From: Bacteroidia bacterium
GTDB lineage: Bacteria > Bacteroidota > Bacteroidia > 2-12-FULL-35-15
Assembly (NCBI GenBank): GCA_046594925.1
Contig: JBKJQG010000306.1
Location: 1-61,654 of the forward strand
Direction: 5' to 3'
DNA length: 61,654 bases
The notes under the pieces were generated by a model that had not been told where the DNA came from, ran no database searches, and saw nothing but the letters and a program-made list of their open reading frames with translations. The translations under genes were made by a program, and so were the position numbers. Shown one piece after another: positions 9,733 to 19,453 of the stretch (position 1 is the stretch's first letter; each line of letters starts with the position of its first letter).

Positions 9733-10677
9733 TTAATCCCAACTCTTGCCTTCAACCGCCATGTTCATGTTGTCGGCATATTTTTTCGACATTTTGTCTC
9801 CCGTTGTGGCCGTTCTTCCGGAATCTTGAAATATGATCTTACCTGTTTCGCAATCAAGAACAGAAATCTGTCTGATAGAAGTTCCAGGCTCTATCGTATA
9901 GATTAGCATGCAATACTTTTTATCTTTTGTGTCTAATTTACTGAGATCGTTCACTTGAATTTTTTCCTTTTTGTATTTGTATGCAACATAAAACGGTTCA
10001 GTAATCTCATTGTCTAATACTAAAAGCGTTTTGTCTTTAAGCATTGGGGCCTTTTCGCGGAGGGTTTTTGCCACAGCTTTATATACGTCAATTGGTTTTG
10101 AAATGCCAGATGTCTTTTCTAAAGCATCAAGTGTTTGTTTGAATCCAATGACTGTCGACGGGATCATTGAAATTAAATTGGGTTCCGGCTTAAAAGTTTT
10201 GTCTAAGCCCGTTTTAGTATATGCCTCACGGGCTGCAGCGACTAAAAGGGTAAGGTTCATGTTGGGCGCGACCGGCAAGAAATCGTATTTTACTAAATGG
10301 TCCTTAAGGATTTCAATTTTTTGAAGTTTTTTTGCTTTACCTTGAAAGATGCCGATTGAAAAATTGTATTTGTCCCAGGTGTTTTGTTTGAACTTGTATT
10401 GCCCAAAATAATAAACCGTTAAGAAGAAATTGCCTTCGTTGTCCATTAGTTTGTCAGCTTCTGCTTCCGTTACAGCAGAGGCGAAATTTGGAAAGGCTGC
10501 TTTTGCTGCAGCTTCCAGTTTTGCATTCACATCATCATTTGTAGTCTTTACGACATACAATTTAGAAGTTGTCCATGCTTTGTACATTTTGTCTTCGTAG
10601 TTCACACCAATAATCTGTGCTTTGCACAAAGTTCCTAATGCTACTATCATTATGAAAAGAAGATTCAGTTTTTTCAT
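9733..10677 (-). CDS. hypothetical secreted protein
   Basis: Start moved to the ATG at 10677 (MKKLNLLFIMIVALGTLCKA-Q signal peptide). The ORF-track start at 10728 lies inside the predicted promoter. Confidence 0.6.
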   Translation of the reverse strand: MKKLNLLFIMIVALGTLCKAQIIGVNYEDKMYKAWTTSKLYVVKTTNDDVNAKLEAAAKAAFPNFASAVTEAEADKLMDNEGNFFLTVYYFGQYKFKQNTWDKYNFSIGIFQGKAKKLQKIEILKDHLVKYDFLPVAPNMNLTLLVAAAREAYTKTGLDKTFKPEPNLISMIPSTVIGFKQTLDALEKTSGISKPIDVYKAVAKTLREKAPMLKDKTLLVLDNEITEPFYVAYKYKKEKIQVNDLSKLDTKDKKYCMLIYTIEPGTSIRQISVLDCETGKIIFQDSGRTATTGDKMSKKYADNMNMAVEGKSWD

Positions 10678-10700
10678 GTTTATTTGTTTTTGAGTTTTAT

Positions 10701-10729
10701 CAAATATATGTATTATTATGCAAATCAAA
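10701..10729 (-). promoter_or_regulatory. Bacteroidota sigma-A type promoter (TTTG-N17-TATATTTG)
   Basis: Minus strand reads gaatcgTTTGatttgcataataatacaTATATTTG, ending 23 nt upstream of the ATG at 10677. Confidence 0.5.
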
Positions 10730-10791
10730 CGATTCTAACAGACGTTAAAGACGCGAAGAGAATAATTTGAAACGGCTGCGTAGGTGGAGTT

Positions 10792-11388
10792 TTAGGCTTT
10801 GCGGTCGACAAATAAGGCGATAATAGTTGAATATATAATGATCACTGGAAGCGTGAGAAAGAGAAATAGCGAATAGATGAGTCCAAAGATTGCAAATCCT
10901 CCTAAAGTAATAACATCTGCCCAACCGGCTTTTGTATCGTAAGGATATTTATCAAGCAACAACTCTTTATGCAATTCTTCCGTTTTTGTATCCATCACCA
11001 TTTGTATCGGTGGCAGGTCACCGTAGAGGTTTTTTGTTCGTCTGCCCCTTGCAAAGGCTTTCAATACGCTCGGAAGATAAAGTGGGATACCCAGCATCAC
11101 TCCGCTCGTGTCAATTAAAAAAGCAGCCCAGTATTTTTTGCAACCGGAAGCTATTTCCCATGCGCTGATCTCGCATTCTCCTTTGAATGTTGTTTTGTAG
11201 CCCGTAAGGATGTGGTGAATGTCGTGAATGGCAACAGCTTTTCTACGCGCATCAAAATTTGGAATGTAAAAATGAAAACTTTTGCTCGCTTCAATCTTTA
11301 CGTAAGACTTGCTGTTCCCTCCATCCTGATCAAGATGATTCTCAGTATAAAACCGGTTTAGGATCTGTCTTGGAGTTTCCTTGTTCAT
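10792..11388 (-). CDS. Coq4-like HDxxH...E motif protein with C-terminal TM helices
   Basis: 198 aa. AIHDIHHILTGYKTTFKGECEISAWE fits the Coq4-family HDxxH-x11-E pattern. Hydrophobic C-terminus. Starts 3 nt after the stop of the upstream M1 peptidase gene. Confidence 0.4.
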   Translation of the reverse strand: MNKETPRQILNRFYTENHLDQDGGNSKSYVKIEASKSFHFYIPNFDARRKAVAIHDIHHILTGYKTTFKGECEISAWEIASGCKKYWAAFLIDTSGVMLGIPLYLPSVLKAFARGRRTKNLYGDLPPIQMVMDTKTEELHKELLLDKYPYDTKAGWADVITLGGFAIFGLIYSLFLFLTLPVIIIYSTIIALFVDRKA

Positions 11389-11391
11389 TGA

Positions 11392-13746
11392 TTACTTTTT
11401 ATTCTTCGCTCTCTGCATCCAGTTCACATCGTTCGTATCGTAACGGCTTCCGCGCTTGGCTTTGTAAACTTCAAAACGGGATTGTTTGATCGTTTTCGGC
11501 CAGGAATTGTTCTCTTCGTTGATGTCGGCTGTTTCTTTGAACGGGTCAATTAAAATGGATTTCACTTCTTTGTATTTGACAAAGGTCTTCACGACTTTCT
11601 GTTCGTTTTTTCTCCAAATATAGGCGCTGAGCTGTTCTGTTTCGCTGGTCCCATCGGTGTAATTCCATTGAATGATGATAGGCATCACCAATCCGCCTTT
11701 GTTGGTGAATACCAACTCATAATAGAAATTGTTGGCGAAAGCTTTCATCTCTTCATCGGAAACAACGTTCAGTTTTGCATTTGCGTTGTATTTTATTTTA
11801 TCCGGATACACCATCACCGGAGGTTTATTATAGTAATAAAAATCCCTCAGGGCGGTATCGGTATCCACTAGAAATTTTATTCCGTTTTGTTTGTTGCGGA
11901 TTCTTGAAATGTGCTGAAAATTGTCGTTGGTCCTTGCTTCCGGGCGTTTCCAGGTTTCTATTTTCTCCGGAACTTCTTTGGAATTCCTAACAGTAAACAT
12001 TTTTACGCTGTCCAAAGAAATGTCAACTGGATCTGTATCGTAGAACCAGCCTCTCCAGAACCAGTCGAGATCCACTCCCGATGCATCTTCCATGGTTCGG
12101 TAAAAATCCGCAGGGGTAGGATGTTTGAAGGCCCATCGCTGTGCATAAGTTTTGAATGCAAAATCAAAAAGCTCCCGTCCCATGACGGTTTCGCGCAAAA
12201 TGTTCAAAGCTGTACAAGGTTTCCCATAAGCATTGGCTCCAAAGTTATTGATGTTCTCACTGTTGGTCATGATCGGTTCCAGTTCATCTTTTTCGGAACG
12301 CATGTAGTCAGTGATCTTGTCTGCCGGTCCGCGTGAAGAAGGATAATTATTATCAAATTCCTGCTCCGTTAAAAATTGAGTAAAGGTATTCAAGCCTTCA
12401 TCCATCCAGCTCCATTGACGTTCGTCGCTGTTGATGATCATAGGGAAAAAGTTGTGGCCGACTTCGTGAATGATCACGCCGATCATTCCATATTTTACTC
12501 TTTCTGTATAGGTTCCGTCCAGTTCGGTTCTGCCATAGTTGAAACAGATCATCGGGTATTCCATTCCGTTTGCAGCCTCCACACTGATAGCGGTCGGGTA
12601 GGGATAATCAATGGTGTATTTTGAATACGTGCGGATGGTGTGTGCTACCACTTTCGTGGAATACTTTGAATAAAGTGCGTATGCTTCTTTCGGATAATAA
12701 CTCATACACATCACGTTCTTTTCACTTTGTTTGATGCCCATTGCATCCCAGATGAATTTACGTGAACTTCCCCAGGCAAAATCCCTCACGTTTTCTGCAG
12801 CGTATTTCCAGGTCTTGAATTTGGTCTTGTCCGGATTCTTTTCTTTTTCTTGTGCTTCGCCTAGCGTGACGATTTCTATCGGTTTGTCGGATGTTTGTGC
12901 CTGCGTCCATTTTGTAAATTGTTCAGGCGTCAATACTTCTTTGTAGTTGGAACAAACACCGGTGGCTGCAATGACGTGATCGGCCGGCACGGTTAAGTTA
13001 ACTTTGAAATCTCCGAAAGCCAATGAGAATTCTCCGCGTCCGGTAAATTGTTTGTTGTTCCATCCGCCATAGTCGTTATAAACACACATGCGGGGATACC
13101 ACTGCGCGATCGTGAAAAGGGAGCTGCCATCTTCAAAAGGTTCAAAGCCGCCTCTGCCGCCAATTCTTGTGCGCTCCGGGATCTTGTAATTCCATTTGAT
13201 CCTGAAAATAAATTGCTGACCAGTCTTCAGAACCTGAAGCAGATCAATTCTCATCATTGTGTAGTTCACGGTATACGGAAGTTTTTTTCCTGCGGCGTCC
13301 TCCACATAAACGATGTTGACACCCCCGCCAGCCAATTGATTCTTTACATCTAGTCCGATTAATTGCTGATCGGTAACCGGCAGGTTGACTCTGCTGCCAT
13401 CAAAATAATTGGCTTCGTTGGTGGGGTTATGCTGGTTCTCATCCAGCTGTAGCCAGAGGTAAGTTAGGTTGTCCGGTGAGTTGTTGGTATAGGTTATGGT
13501 TTCTTCTCCTTCAAGGGTTAATGTCTTTTCATTCAGGAATGCATCGATCACGTAATCGGCTTTTTGCTGCCAGTACTGACTGCCGGGCGCACCGGATGCA
13601 GAACGGAAATTGTTGGCATCGGGCAATATGGTTCCCAGTTGTTCGAATTTGTTTCCGTGGTTCGACTGCGGATTGTTCTGAATGTTTTGGGCAAAAGTAA
13701 AATGCGGAAACAGAAATGCGGAAAGAATAAGCGTAATTTTTTTCAT
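11392..13746 (-). CDS. M1-family zinc metallopeptidase, secreted
   Basis: 784 aa. Signal peptide ending TFA-Q. HEVGHNFF ... WMDEGLNTF (HEXXH + E). NGMEYP in the exopeptidase-motif position. Confidence 0.85.
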   Translation of the reverse strand: MKKITLILSAFLFPHFTFAQNIQNNPQSNHGNKFEQLGTILPDANNFRSASGAPGSQYWQQKADYVIDAFLNEKTLTLEGEETITYTNNSPDNLTYLWLQLDENQHNPTNEANYFDGSRVNLPVTDQQLIGLDVKNQLAGGGVNIVYVEDAAGKKLPYTVNYTMMRIDLLQVLKTGQQFIFRIKWNYKIPERTRIGGRGGFEPFEDGSSLFTIAQWYPRMCVYNDYGGWNNKQFTGRGEFSLAFGDFKVNLTVPADHVIAATGVCSNYKEVLTPEQFTKWTQAQTSDKPIEIVTLGEAQEKEKNPDKTKFKTWKYAAENVRDFAWGSSRKFIWDAMGIKQSEKNVMCMSYYPKEAYALYSKYSTKVVAHTIRTYSKYTIDYPYPTAISVEAANGMEYPMICFNYGRTELDGTYTERVKYGMIGVIIHEVGHNFFPMIINSDERQWSWMDEGLNTFTQFLTEQEFDNNYPSSRGPADKITDYMRSEKDELEPIMTNSENINNFGANAYGKPCTALNILRETVMGRELFDFAFKTYAQRWAFKHPTPADFYRTMEDASGVDLDWFWRGWFYDTDPVDISLDSVKMFTVRNSKEVPEKIETWKRPEARTNDNFQHISRIRNKQNGIKFLVDTDTALRDFYYYNKPPVMVYPDKIKYNANAKLNVVSDEEMKAFANNFYYELVFTNKGGLVMPIIIQWNYTDGTSETEQLSAYIWRKNEQKVVKTFVKYKEVKSILIDPFKETADINEENNSWPKTIKQSRFEVYKAKRGSRYDTNDVNWMQRAKNKK

Positions 13747-13870
13747 TAGAGAGACGTGTTAATTTTCAATAAATCTAAGGAAAAAAGGGATAAGTATCGG
13801 GAAATGGGATGAATGGTAGCTATTGCTTATGGTATTTCCGTAGATTTGTTAAGTGGTAAGATGTAAAAAT

Positions 13871-14377
13871 ATGAAAAGAACCTTTTTTTGTCTGATGGTC
13901 GCTACCACGATGCTATTGATGGCTTCGTTTAGGCCGGCGATGCATAAATATTACCTGAGTCTTACCCAAGTGAACATCAATTCCCAAAAGCATTCGCTGG
14001 ACGTGAGCTGCAAATTGTTCATGGACGACCTTGAACAGGAGCTCGAAAAGAGTACCGGCAAAAAAGTGGATCTGAGTATTTCTAAAGACCAAGCGACAGA
14101 AAAATTGCTCGCGGATTATTTGGAAAAAAATTTCATGATCAACGTGGGAGGTGAGCTGCAGAAGTTGCAATTTTTAGGCTTCGAGGTTGAGAACGATGCG
14201 GTTTGGTGTTACTCCGAAGTGCACGTGTTCAAAGGGAAGGGGACGATCTCCATTTTAAATACCCTGCTTTACGAAAATTTTCCGGAGCAATCGAATCTGA
14301 TGAATTTGAATTGGGATGGGGTTGTTAAAACTTCTAAGTTGAGTAACCCTGATAAATTGGCTGAATTCTCGTTCTAA
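13871..14377 (+). CDS. hypothetical secreted protein
   Basis: Start set at the ATG at 13871 (MKRTFFCLMVATTMLLMA). A TAGATTTG box lies at 13841-13848. No motif recognised. Confidence 0.55.
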   Translation: MKRTFFCLMVATTMLLMASFRPAMHKYYLSLTQVNINSQKHSLDVSCKLFMDDLEQELEKSTGKKVDLSISKDQATEKLLADYLEKNFMINVGGELQKLQFLGFEVENDAVWCYSEVHVFKGKGTISILNTLLYENFPEQSNLMNLNWDGVVKTSKLSNPDKLAEFSF

Positions 14378-14381
14378 ATTT

Positions 14382-14537
14382 TTCACGCAGATTCGCGCAG
14401 AAAAGGCTCGCAGATTTTCGCAGATTTTTTCAAGTAGAATAGCTCTCTACCATGATGGGCGGCACGATTCAATAGTTCCTTTTTTTCCTTTTTTTTCGCG
14501 TTGATCTGCGAAATTTTTCTGCGGAAATCTGCGTGAA
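14382..14537. repeat. CGCAGAT-word palindromic element, copy 2
   Basis: Left arm 14382-14415 matches the reverse complement of 14504-14537 at 29/34 positions. Arms are built from (T/C)CGCAGAT words. About 70-nt core. Lies between convergent genes. Confidence 0.75.
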
Positions 14538-14561
14538 CCCTTTTTTTATTTCGGAGCGTAA

Positions 14562-15521
14562 TTAAATTTCCTCGTTAACCACCCCCATAGCGCAGAACTT
14601 ATCAATCCGCAGAGTAACACGTTTTTTAGGATCTAATTTTTCCAGGACTTCCAGTTGTTTCAGGATCTCTTCTTTCACCGTTTTGAAAGTTGCTTCCTGA
14701 TCCGTATGTGCACCACCAATTGGTTCTTTGATGATTCCGTCGATGAGTTTATTTCCAAACATGTCGTCCGGGGTTAATTTTAATGCTTCCGCTGCGCGTT
14801 CTTTATTGTTCCAGTTTCTCCACAAGATGGAAGAGCAGGATTCAGGAGAAATTACCGAGTACCAGGTGTTCTCTAACATCAGCACTCTATCGCCGATTCC
14901 TATTCCCAATGCTCCGCCGGATGCTCCTTCGCCAATGATGATACAGATCACAGGGACTTTCAATTGCGACATTTCCAATAAATTTCTGGCAATGGCTTCT
15001 CCTTGCCCGCGTTCTTCTGCTTCTAATCCCGGAAAAGCTCCCGGAGTATCTATTAAGGTAACAACAGGTTTGTTGAATTTCTCTGCCAGCTTCATCAGGC
15101 GCAACGCTTTTCTGTAACCTTCTGGATTCGGCATCCCGAAATTACGGATCTGACGCATCTTTGTATTGATCCCTTTCTGCTGTCCGATGAACATCACTGT
15201 TTTCCCATCAATGCTTCCGAAACCACCTACCATGGCTTTGTCGTCCTTAACGGTACGGTCGCCATGCAATTCCATGAAGGTTCCGCCGGTGATGTAATCA
15301 ATGTAAGCTAGAGTATAAGGCCTGTCCGGGTGACGGCTGACTTGTACGCGCTGCCATGGAGTCAATTTTCCATAGATCTCGGTACGCGCCTCTTTCATTT
15401 TTTCTTCAATATCAGCAATGGTCTTAGACACATCTACACCGCTCTTTTCGGCCACTTGCTGTACTTTTTCCAACTGCTCTGCTAATTCGGCGATCGGCTT
15501 TTCAAAATCCAAATAGTTCAT
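14562..15521 (-). CDS. accA: acetyl-CoA carboxylase carboxyltransferase subunit alpha
   Basis: 319 aa; full-length resemblance to AccA ([12 protein letters not shown]-type segment, [14 protein letters not shown]). Confidence 0.95.
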   Translation of the reverse strand: MNYLDFEKPIAELAEQLEKVQQVAEKSGVDVSKTIADIEEKMKEARTEIYGKLTPWQRVQVSRHPDRPYTLAYIDYITGGTFMELHGDRTVKDDKAMVGGFGSIDGKTVMFIGQQKGINTKMRQIRNFGMPNPEGYRKALRLMKLAEKFNKPVVTLIDTPGAFPGLEAEERGQGEAIARNLLEMSQLKVPVICIIIGEGASGGALGIGIGDRVLMLENTWYSVISPESCSSILWRNWNNKERAAEALKLTPDDMFGNKLIDGIIKEPIGGAHTDQEATFKTVKEEILKQLEVLEKLDPKKRVTLRIDKFCAMGVVNEEI

Positions 15522-15752
15522 TCTTTTGTTTTTTAGAGGACGCTAAAATACGAAATTATCTAAGAAAGTGGGAATGATTGAAAATCAGCAAGTTGTGAGA
15601 CCTTTATTGTCCGGTTTGAAGTTTTTGTATATTTACGAGCGCCTCGGGAAAAGGAGTGATGCGGCATTTATTACGCAAGACGCATTCAAACTTCGCTGAT
15701 CAATCAGAGAAATACAGAGGAAAGAATTTAAACCGTTTGATGAAAAGATAAT

Positions 15753-16577
15753 ATGATCACTTTCCCCAATGCCAAAATTAACATAGGACTCAATATCATC
15801 GAAAAACGCGACGATGGGTTTCATAGCATTGAAAGTGTTTTTTATCCTGTAGGATTGTGCGATGCATTGGAAGTGATAGAAAATATGGAAGCAGGAGCGG
15901 AGCGCTTTACTTTTACTTCTTCAGGAATCGAAATTCCGGGAGATCCAACAGATAACCTTTGTTACTTTGCTTATCATTTGGTTTCACAGGATTATCCGGT
16001 TCCGGCGGTGAAGGTGCATTTGCACAAACACATTCCCATTGGCGCAGGTCTTGGTGGCGGTTCTTCCGATGCTGCTTTTTTCATAAAATTATTGAATGAT
16101 AAATTTGAATTGGGAATTTCCTGGGGCGAAATGCATCACTATGCCCGTCAGTTGGGAAGCGATTGTTCTTTTTTCATCAGCAACCGTGCTTCCTTTGCTG
16201 AAGGAAGAGGAGACGAATATGAATCCATGCAATTGGATCTAAGCAAATATCATGTGGTGTTGGTCTACCCCAAGATCCACATCGATACCGGGAAAGCTTA
16301 CAGTGCTGTAAAACCAAAAGCGCCTGTTCGTTCTCTTGAAAGCGACATGTTAAATCTTCCTCCTGAAAAATGGAAAGGTATCATCCACAATGATTTTGAA
16401 GATTCTGTTTTTCTGCAGTTTCCGGAGATTGAAAAGATCAAAGAGAAGTTATACGAGAAGGGTGCGATCTACGCTTCGATGAGTGGCAGCGGTTCGACGG
16501 TGTTCGGAATTTTTGAAAAGGAAACGGATTTTGCTTCTGAGTTTAAGGATGCCTTTGTTTTTGAAGGGAAGCTATAG
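15753..16577 (+). CDS. ispE: 4-diphosphocytidyl-2-C-methyl-D-erythritol kinase
   Basis: 274 aa; GHMP kinase motif PIGAGLGGGSSDAA; N-terminus FPNAKINIGLNI typical of IspE. Confidence 0.9.
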   Translation: MITFPNAKINIGLNIIEKRDDGFHSIESVFYPVGLCDALEVIENMEAGAERFTFTSSGIEIPGDPTDNLCYFAYHLVSQDYPVPAVKVHLHKHIPIGAGLGGGSSDAAFFIKLLNDKFELGISWGEMHHYARQLGSDCSFFISNRASFAEGRGDEYESMQLDLSKYHVVLVYPKIHIDTGKAYSAVKPKAPVRSLESDMLNLPPEKWKGIIHNDFEDSVFLQFPEIEKIKEKLYEKGAIYASMSGSGSTVFGIFEKETDFASEFKDAFVFEGKL

Positions 16578-16603
16578 TTAACAAGAAAGAATTTATTGCT
16601 TCC

Positions 16604-16692
16604 TCATGCTGAGCGCCTGCCTGCCGGTAGGGACTCGAAGTATGTATGATTCAGCGCTGTAGCATGTGCCCTTCGACTACGCTCAGGGTGAC
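16604..16692. repeat. inverted pair of CTGAGCG..TCGAAG REP-like units
   Basis: Forward unit at 16604-16644 (interrupted by an 18-nt insert). Reverse unit at 16664-16692 contains the exact 16-mer CTGAGCGTAGTCGAAG (16671-16686, minus strand). Confidence 0.7.
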
Positions 16693-16723
16693 GGATCAAC
16701 AAGCATCATCGCCCCTTAAGTTA

Positions 16724-16756
16724 CCCCATCACTTCATCACTCCATCACCCCATCAC
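16724..16756 (+). repeat. 8-nt-periodic NCATCACN array (4 units)
   Basis: ccccatcacttcatcactccatcaccccatcac. The last unit supplies the TGA stop (16753-16755, minus strand) of the adjacent gene. Confidence 0.75.
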
Positions 16757-17175
16757 TTTTTCCTCGTCACATACCCTTTGATACAAATCGACTTCTGTCC
16801 CCCCGGAAAATTCCCTTGAATGACAATACTCGTGCAAAATGGCCTGAGGTCTTCTCCTTTTTTCATGTAGCCCGTATATTTAAATCGGGTGAATGTTGCT
16901 TTGATGATTCCTTTTTGTTTTGGAAGGATCGGTGTTTTCGGATAGTCTGCGTTGCCATAGCCTGCTGAAGTTGCGGAGGTAATGATTAGTGGTTCGTTTC
17001 CTACATTAACGTAGGGGAAGTCCAAAGTGATGATCTTTTGTTTTTCATGCTCTGCAGAATCCATTTCCAAAACAATTGTTCCTAAGTCGATCGTGTCTTT
17101 TTCAAATTTGAGGTTGCTTTGTCCGTAACTGAATCCGAAACAAAACAAAAGAAGAAGAGCGAAAGACTGTTTCAT
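16753..17175 (-). CDS. DUF1573-like secreted protein
   Basis: 140 aa. Signal peptide ending SYG-Q. The DLGTI ... NVGNEPLII pattern resembles DUF1573, but the CGC motif is absent. Confidence 0.45.
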   Translation of the reverse strand: MKQSFALLLLFCFGFSYGQSNLKFEKDTIDLGTIVLEMDSAEHEKQKIITLDFPYVNVGNEPLIITSATSAGYGNADYPKTPILPKQKGIIKATFTRFKYTGYMKKGEDLRPFCTSIVIQGNFPGGQKSICIKGYVTRKK

Positions 17176-17176
17176 T

Positions 17177-18253
17177 TTATTTCTGAGCTTTCTTCAGAAG
17201 ATACCAGGCCAAGCCTCCGAAGATGACATTCGGGATCCATACGGCAACCATTGGTTTGATAAGTCCGCTCGAAGCAAACGTGGTGCTCACCTGCATGAAC
17301 ATGATGAAAGTGAAACTGATGAAGATCCCCAATCCGATGTGCATTCCAATTCCTCCACGTACTTTTCTGCTGGCAATGGAAACTCCTATGAGGGTCAGGA
17401 CGAAGGTGGCGAAAGGGAACGCTGTTCGTCTGTACTTTTCGATCTTATACGATTCAATGTTGTCGGAACCTTTTAATGTTTCATCGGCAATGTACTCATC
17501 GAGTTCGTAATAGTCCATTGTTCCTACTGTGTTGTCCTTTCTGCCGAATTCTTTTGGTGTGAATGCGAAAGTGGTATCGATCTTTTGACCTTTCTTGATG
17601 AACTCTTCCATGCCGTTGATGTAGCGGACATAATAGTTGTTGATCGTCCAGTTGCTTTTAGTACTGTCCCATTTGATGCTTTCCGCCATTAACTTATAAT
17701 ACAACTTGCCTTTAGCGAATTTTTCGATTGAAAATTTATACCCTGTATTTTCTTCAGTGCTGTAGCGCTCCAGGTAAATGTAATTTCCGGGGGAGACTTG
17801 CTTGTGAATGTTACGGTCGTGATTGTGAAATTGATTCCGGATGTAAGTGTCCTCAAAATCGATCTGGTTCTTTGTTGCGTGTGGGATTACAAAATTATTC
17901 AGGTAAAGAGAAAGCATTGCAATGACCGTTGCCGAAAGCAGGTAAGGATAAAGCAGGCGGGTATAACTGATGCCGCTGCTGAGGATCGCAACGATCTCCG
18001 TTCTTGTCGCCATTTGCGAAGTAAAAAAGATCACGGCAATGAAGGTGAAGAGCGGACTGAATAAATTCAGAAAGAATGGGATGAAGTTGAAATAGTAATC
18101 AAAGACGATCGCCTTTAAAGGAGCATCTTTGGAAATGAAATCATCGATCTTTTCCGAAATGTCGAACACCACCACGATGAGTATGATGAGTGCCATGGAG
18201 AAGAAAAATGTCCCCAGAAATTTACGGATGATATAACGATCTAATAATTTCAA
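17177..18253 (-). CDS. LptF/LptG (YjgP/YjgQ) family permease
   Basis: 358 aa. N-terminus LDRYIIRKFLGTFFFS, TM helices at both ends and a periplasmic middle domain. Confidence 0.8.
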   Translation of the reverse strand: MKLLDRYIIRKFLGTFFFSMALIILIVVVFDISEKIDDFISKDAPLKAIVFDYYFNFIPFFLNLFSPLFTFIAVIFFTSQMATRTEIVAILSSGISYTRLLYPYLLSATVIAMLSLYLNNFVIPHATKNQIDFEDTYIRNQFHNHDRNIHKQVSPGNYIYLERYSTEENTGYKFSIEKFAKGKLYYKLMAESIKWDSTKSNWTINNYYVRYINGMEEFIKKGQKIDTTFAFTPKEFGRKDNTVGTMDYYELDEYIADETLKGSDNIESYKIEKYRRTAFPFATFVLTLIGVSIASRKVRGGIGMHIGLGIFISFTFIMFMQVSTTFASSGLIKPMVAVWIPNVIFGGLAWYLLKKAQK

Positions 18254-18287
18254 CTTTCAATATCTAAATAACTAAATTATAATTTTC

Positions 18288-18312
18288 GTCACACTGAGCG
18301 TAGTCGAAGTGC
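18288..18312 (+). repeat. REP-like unit containing CTGAGCGTAGTCGAAG
   Basis: Exact 16-mer at 18294-18309, immediately downstream of the tgt stop codon. Confidence 0.7.
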
Positions 18313-19442
18313 TATAGTCTAACTCCCAGTTGGGGCACAATTTTATTTTTCCATTCTCTAAAGGTTCCGGCGATGATCTGATTGCGAGCTTCGCCGACCA
18401 ACCACAAATAAAAAGCCAAATTGTGAATGCTACAAATCTGGGCGCCCAGTAATTCTTGTGAATGCACCAAATGGCGCACGTATGCCTTTGTGTAAGCCTT
18501 GTCCACGTATGAAGTTCCGGTTTCATCCAACACCGAAAAATCATTCTTCCATTTTTCGTTCTTCATGTTCATGATCCCACTTTGTGTATAGATGAGACCG
18601 TGTCTAGCATTGCGTGTAGGCATTACACAATCAAACATGTCGATGCCAAGGTCGATCGATTCCAGAATGTTCACCGGTGTTCCCACGCCCATCAGGTAAC
18701 GGGGTTTGTCTACGGGTAATATATCGCAGACCACTTCGGTCATTGCATACATGTCTTCTGCCGGTTCGCCTACCGACAAGCCGCCAATTGCATTCCCTTC
18801 GCGGTTCTGAGCGGCTATGAATTCCGCTGATTTTTTTCTCAGGTCGGGATACACGCTGCCTTGAACGATGGGAAATAAAGTTTGTGAAAATCCGTATTTG
18901 CCTTCTGTCTCGTCAAACCGTGTACAGCAGCGTTTCAGCCAGCGGTGGGTCATGTCGAGTGATTTTTTTGCGTAATCGTATTCGCAGGGATAGGGTGTAC
19001 ACTCATCAAAAGCCATAATGATGTCGGCTCCGATAGTTCTTTGAATGTCCATCACATTCTCGGGAGTAAAAGTATGTTTGCTTCCGTCGATGTGTGAAGT
19101 AAATTTGGCTCCTTCTTCCGTCAATTTTCTTGAACTGGAGAGGGAATACACTTGATAACCACCGCTATCGGTCAGCAAGGGCCTGTCCCAGCCGTTGAAT
19201 TTATGCAGGCCGCCTGCTTGTTCAATGATCTCAAGCCCCGGACGCAGGTATAAATGATAGGTATTTCCAAGAATGATCTGTGCTTTGATGTCCTCTTTCA
19301 ATTCATGCTGATGAACGCCCTTCACCGTTCCGGCAGTTCCCACCGGCATAAAGATGGGGGTTTGTATGGTTCCGTGGTCGGTGACTAGCTCTCCGGCACG
19401 GGCTTTACTGTTTTTATCTTTATGTGATATGCTGAATTTCAT
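18312..19442 (-). CDS. tgt: tRNA-guanine transglycosylase (queuine tRNA-ribosyltransferase)
   Basis: 376 aa; motifs TDSGGYQV, GLSVGEP, YLMGVGTP. Confidence 0.95.
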   Translation of the reverse strand: MKFSISHKDKNSKARAGELVTDHGTIQTPIFMPVGTAGTVKGVHQHELKEDIKAQIILGNTYHLYLRPGLEIIEQAGGLHKFNGWDRPLLTDSGGYQVYSLSSSRKLTEEGAKFTSHIDGSKHTFTPENVMDIQRTIGADIIMAFDECTPYPCEYDYAKKSLDMTHRWLKRCCTRFDETEGKYGFSQTLFPIVQGSVYPDLRKKSAEFIAAQNREGNAIGGLSVGEPAEDMYAMTEVVCDILPVDKPRYLMGVGTPVNILESIDLGIDMFDCVMPTRNARHGLIYTQSGIMNMKNEKWKNDFSVLDETGTSYVDKAYTKAYVRHLVHSQELLGAQICSIHNLAFYLWLVGEARNQIIAGTFREWKNKIVPQLGVRL

Positions 19443-19453
19443 AATAATGGAAG

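Noticed and set aside
14382-14537. Calling the palindromic elements insertion sequences or autonomous mobile elements
   Set aside because: There is no transposase or integrase ORF anywhere in the window, and I could not identify target-site duplications. They are reported only as MITE/REP-like repeats.
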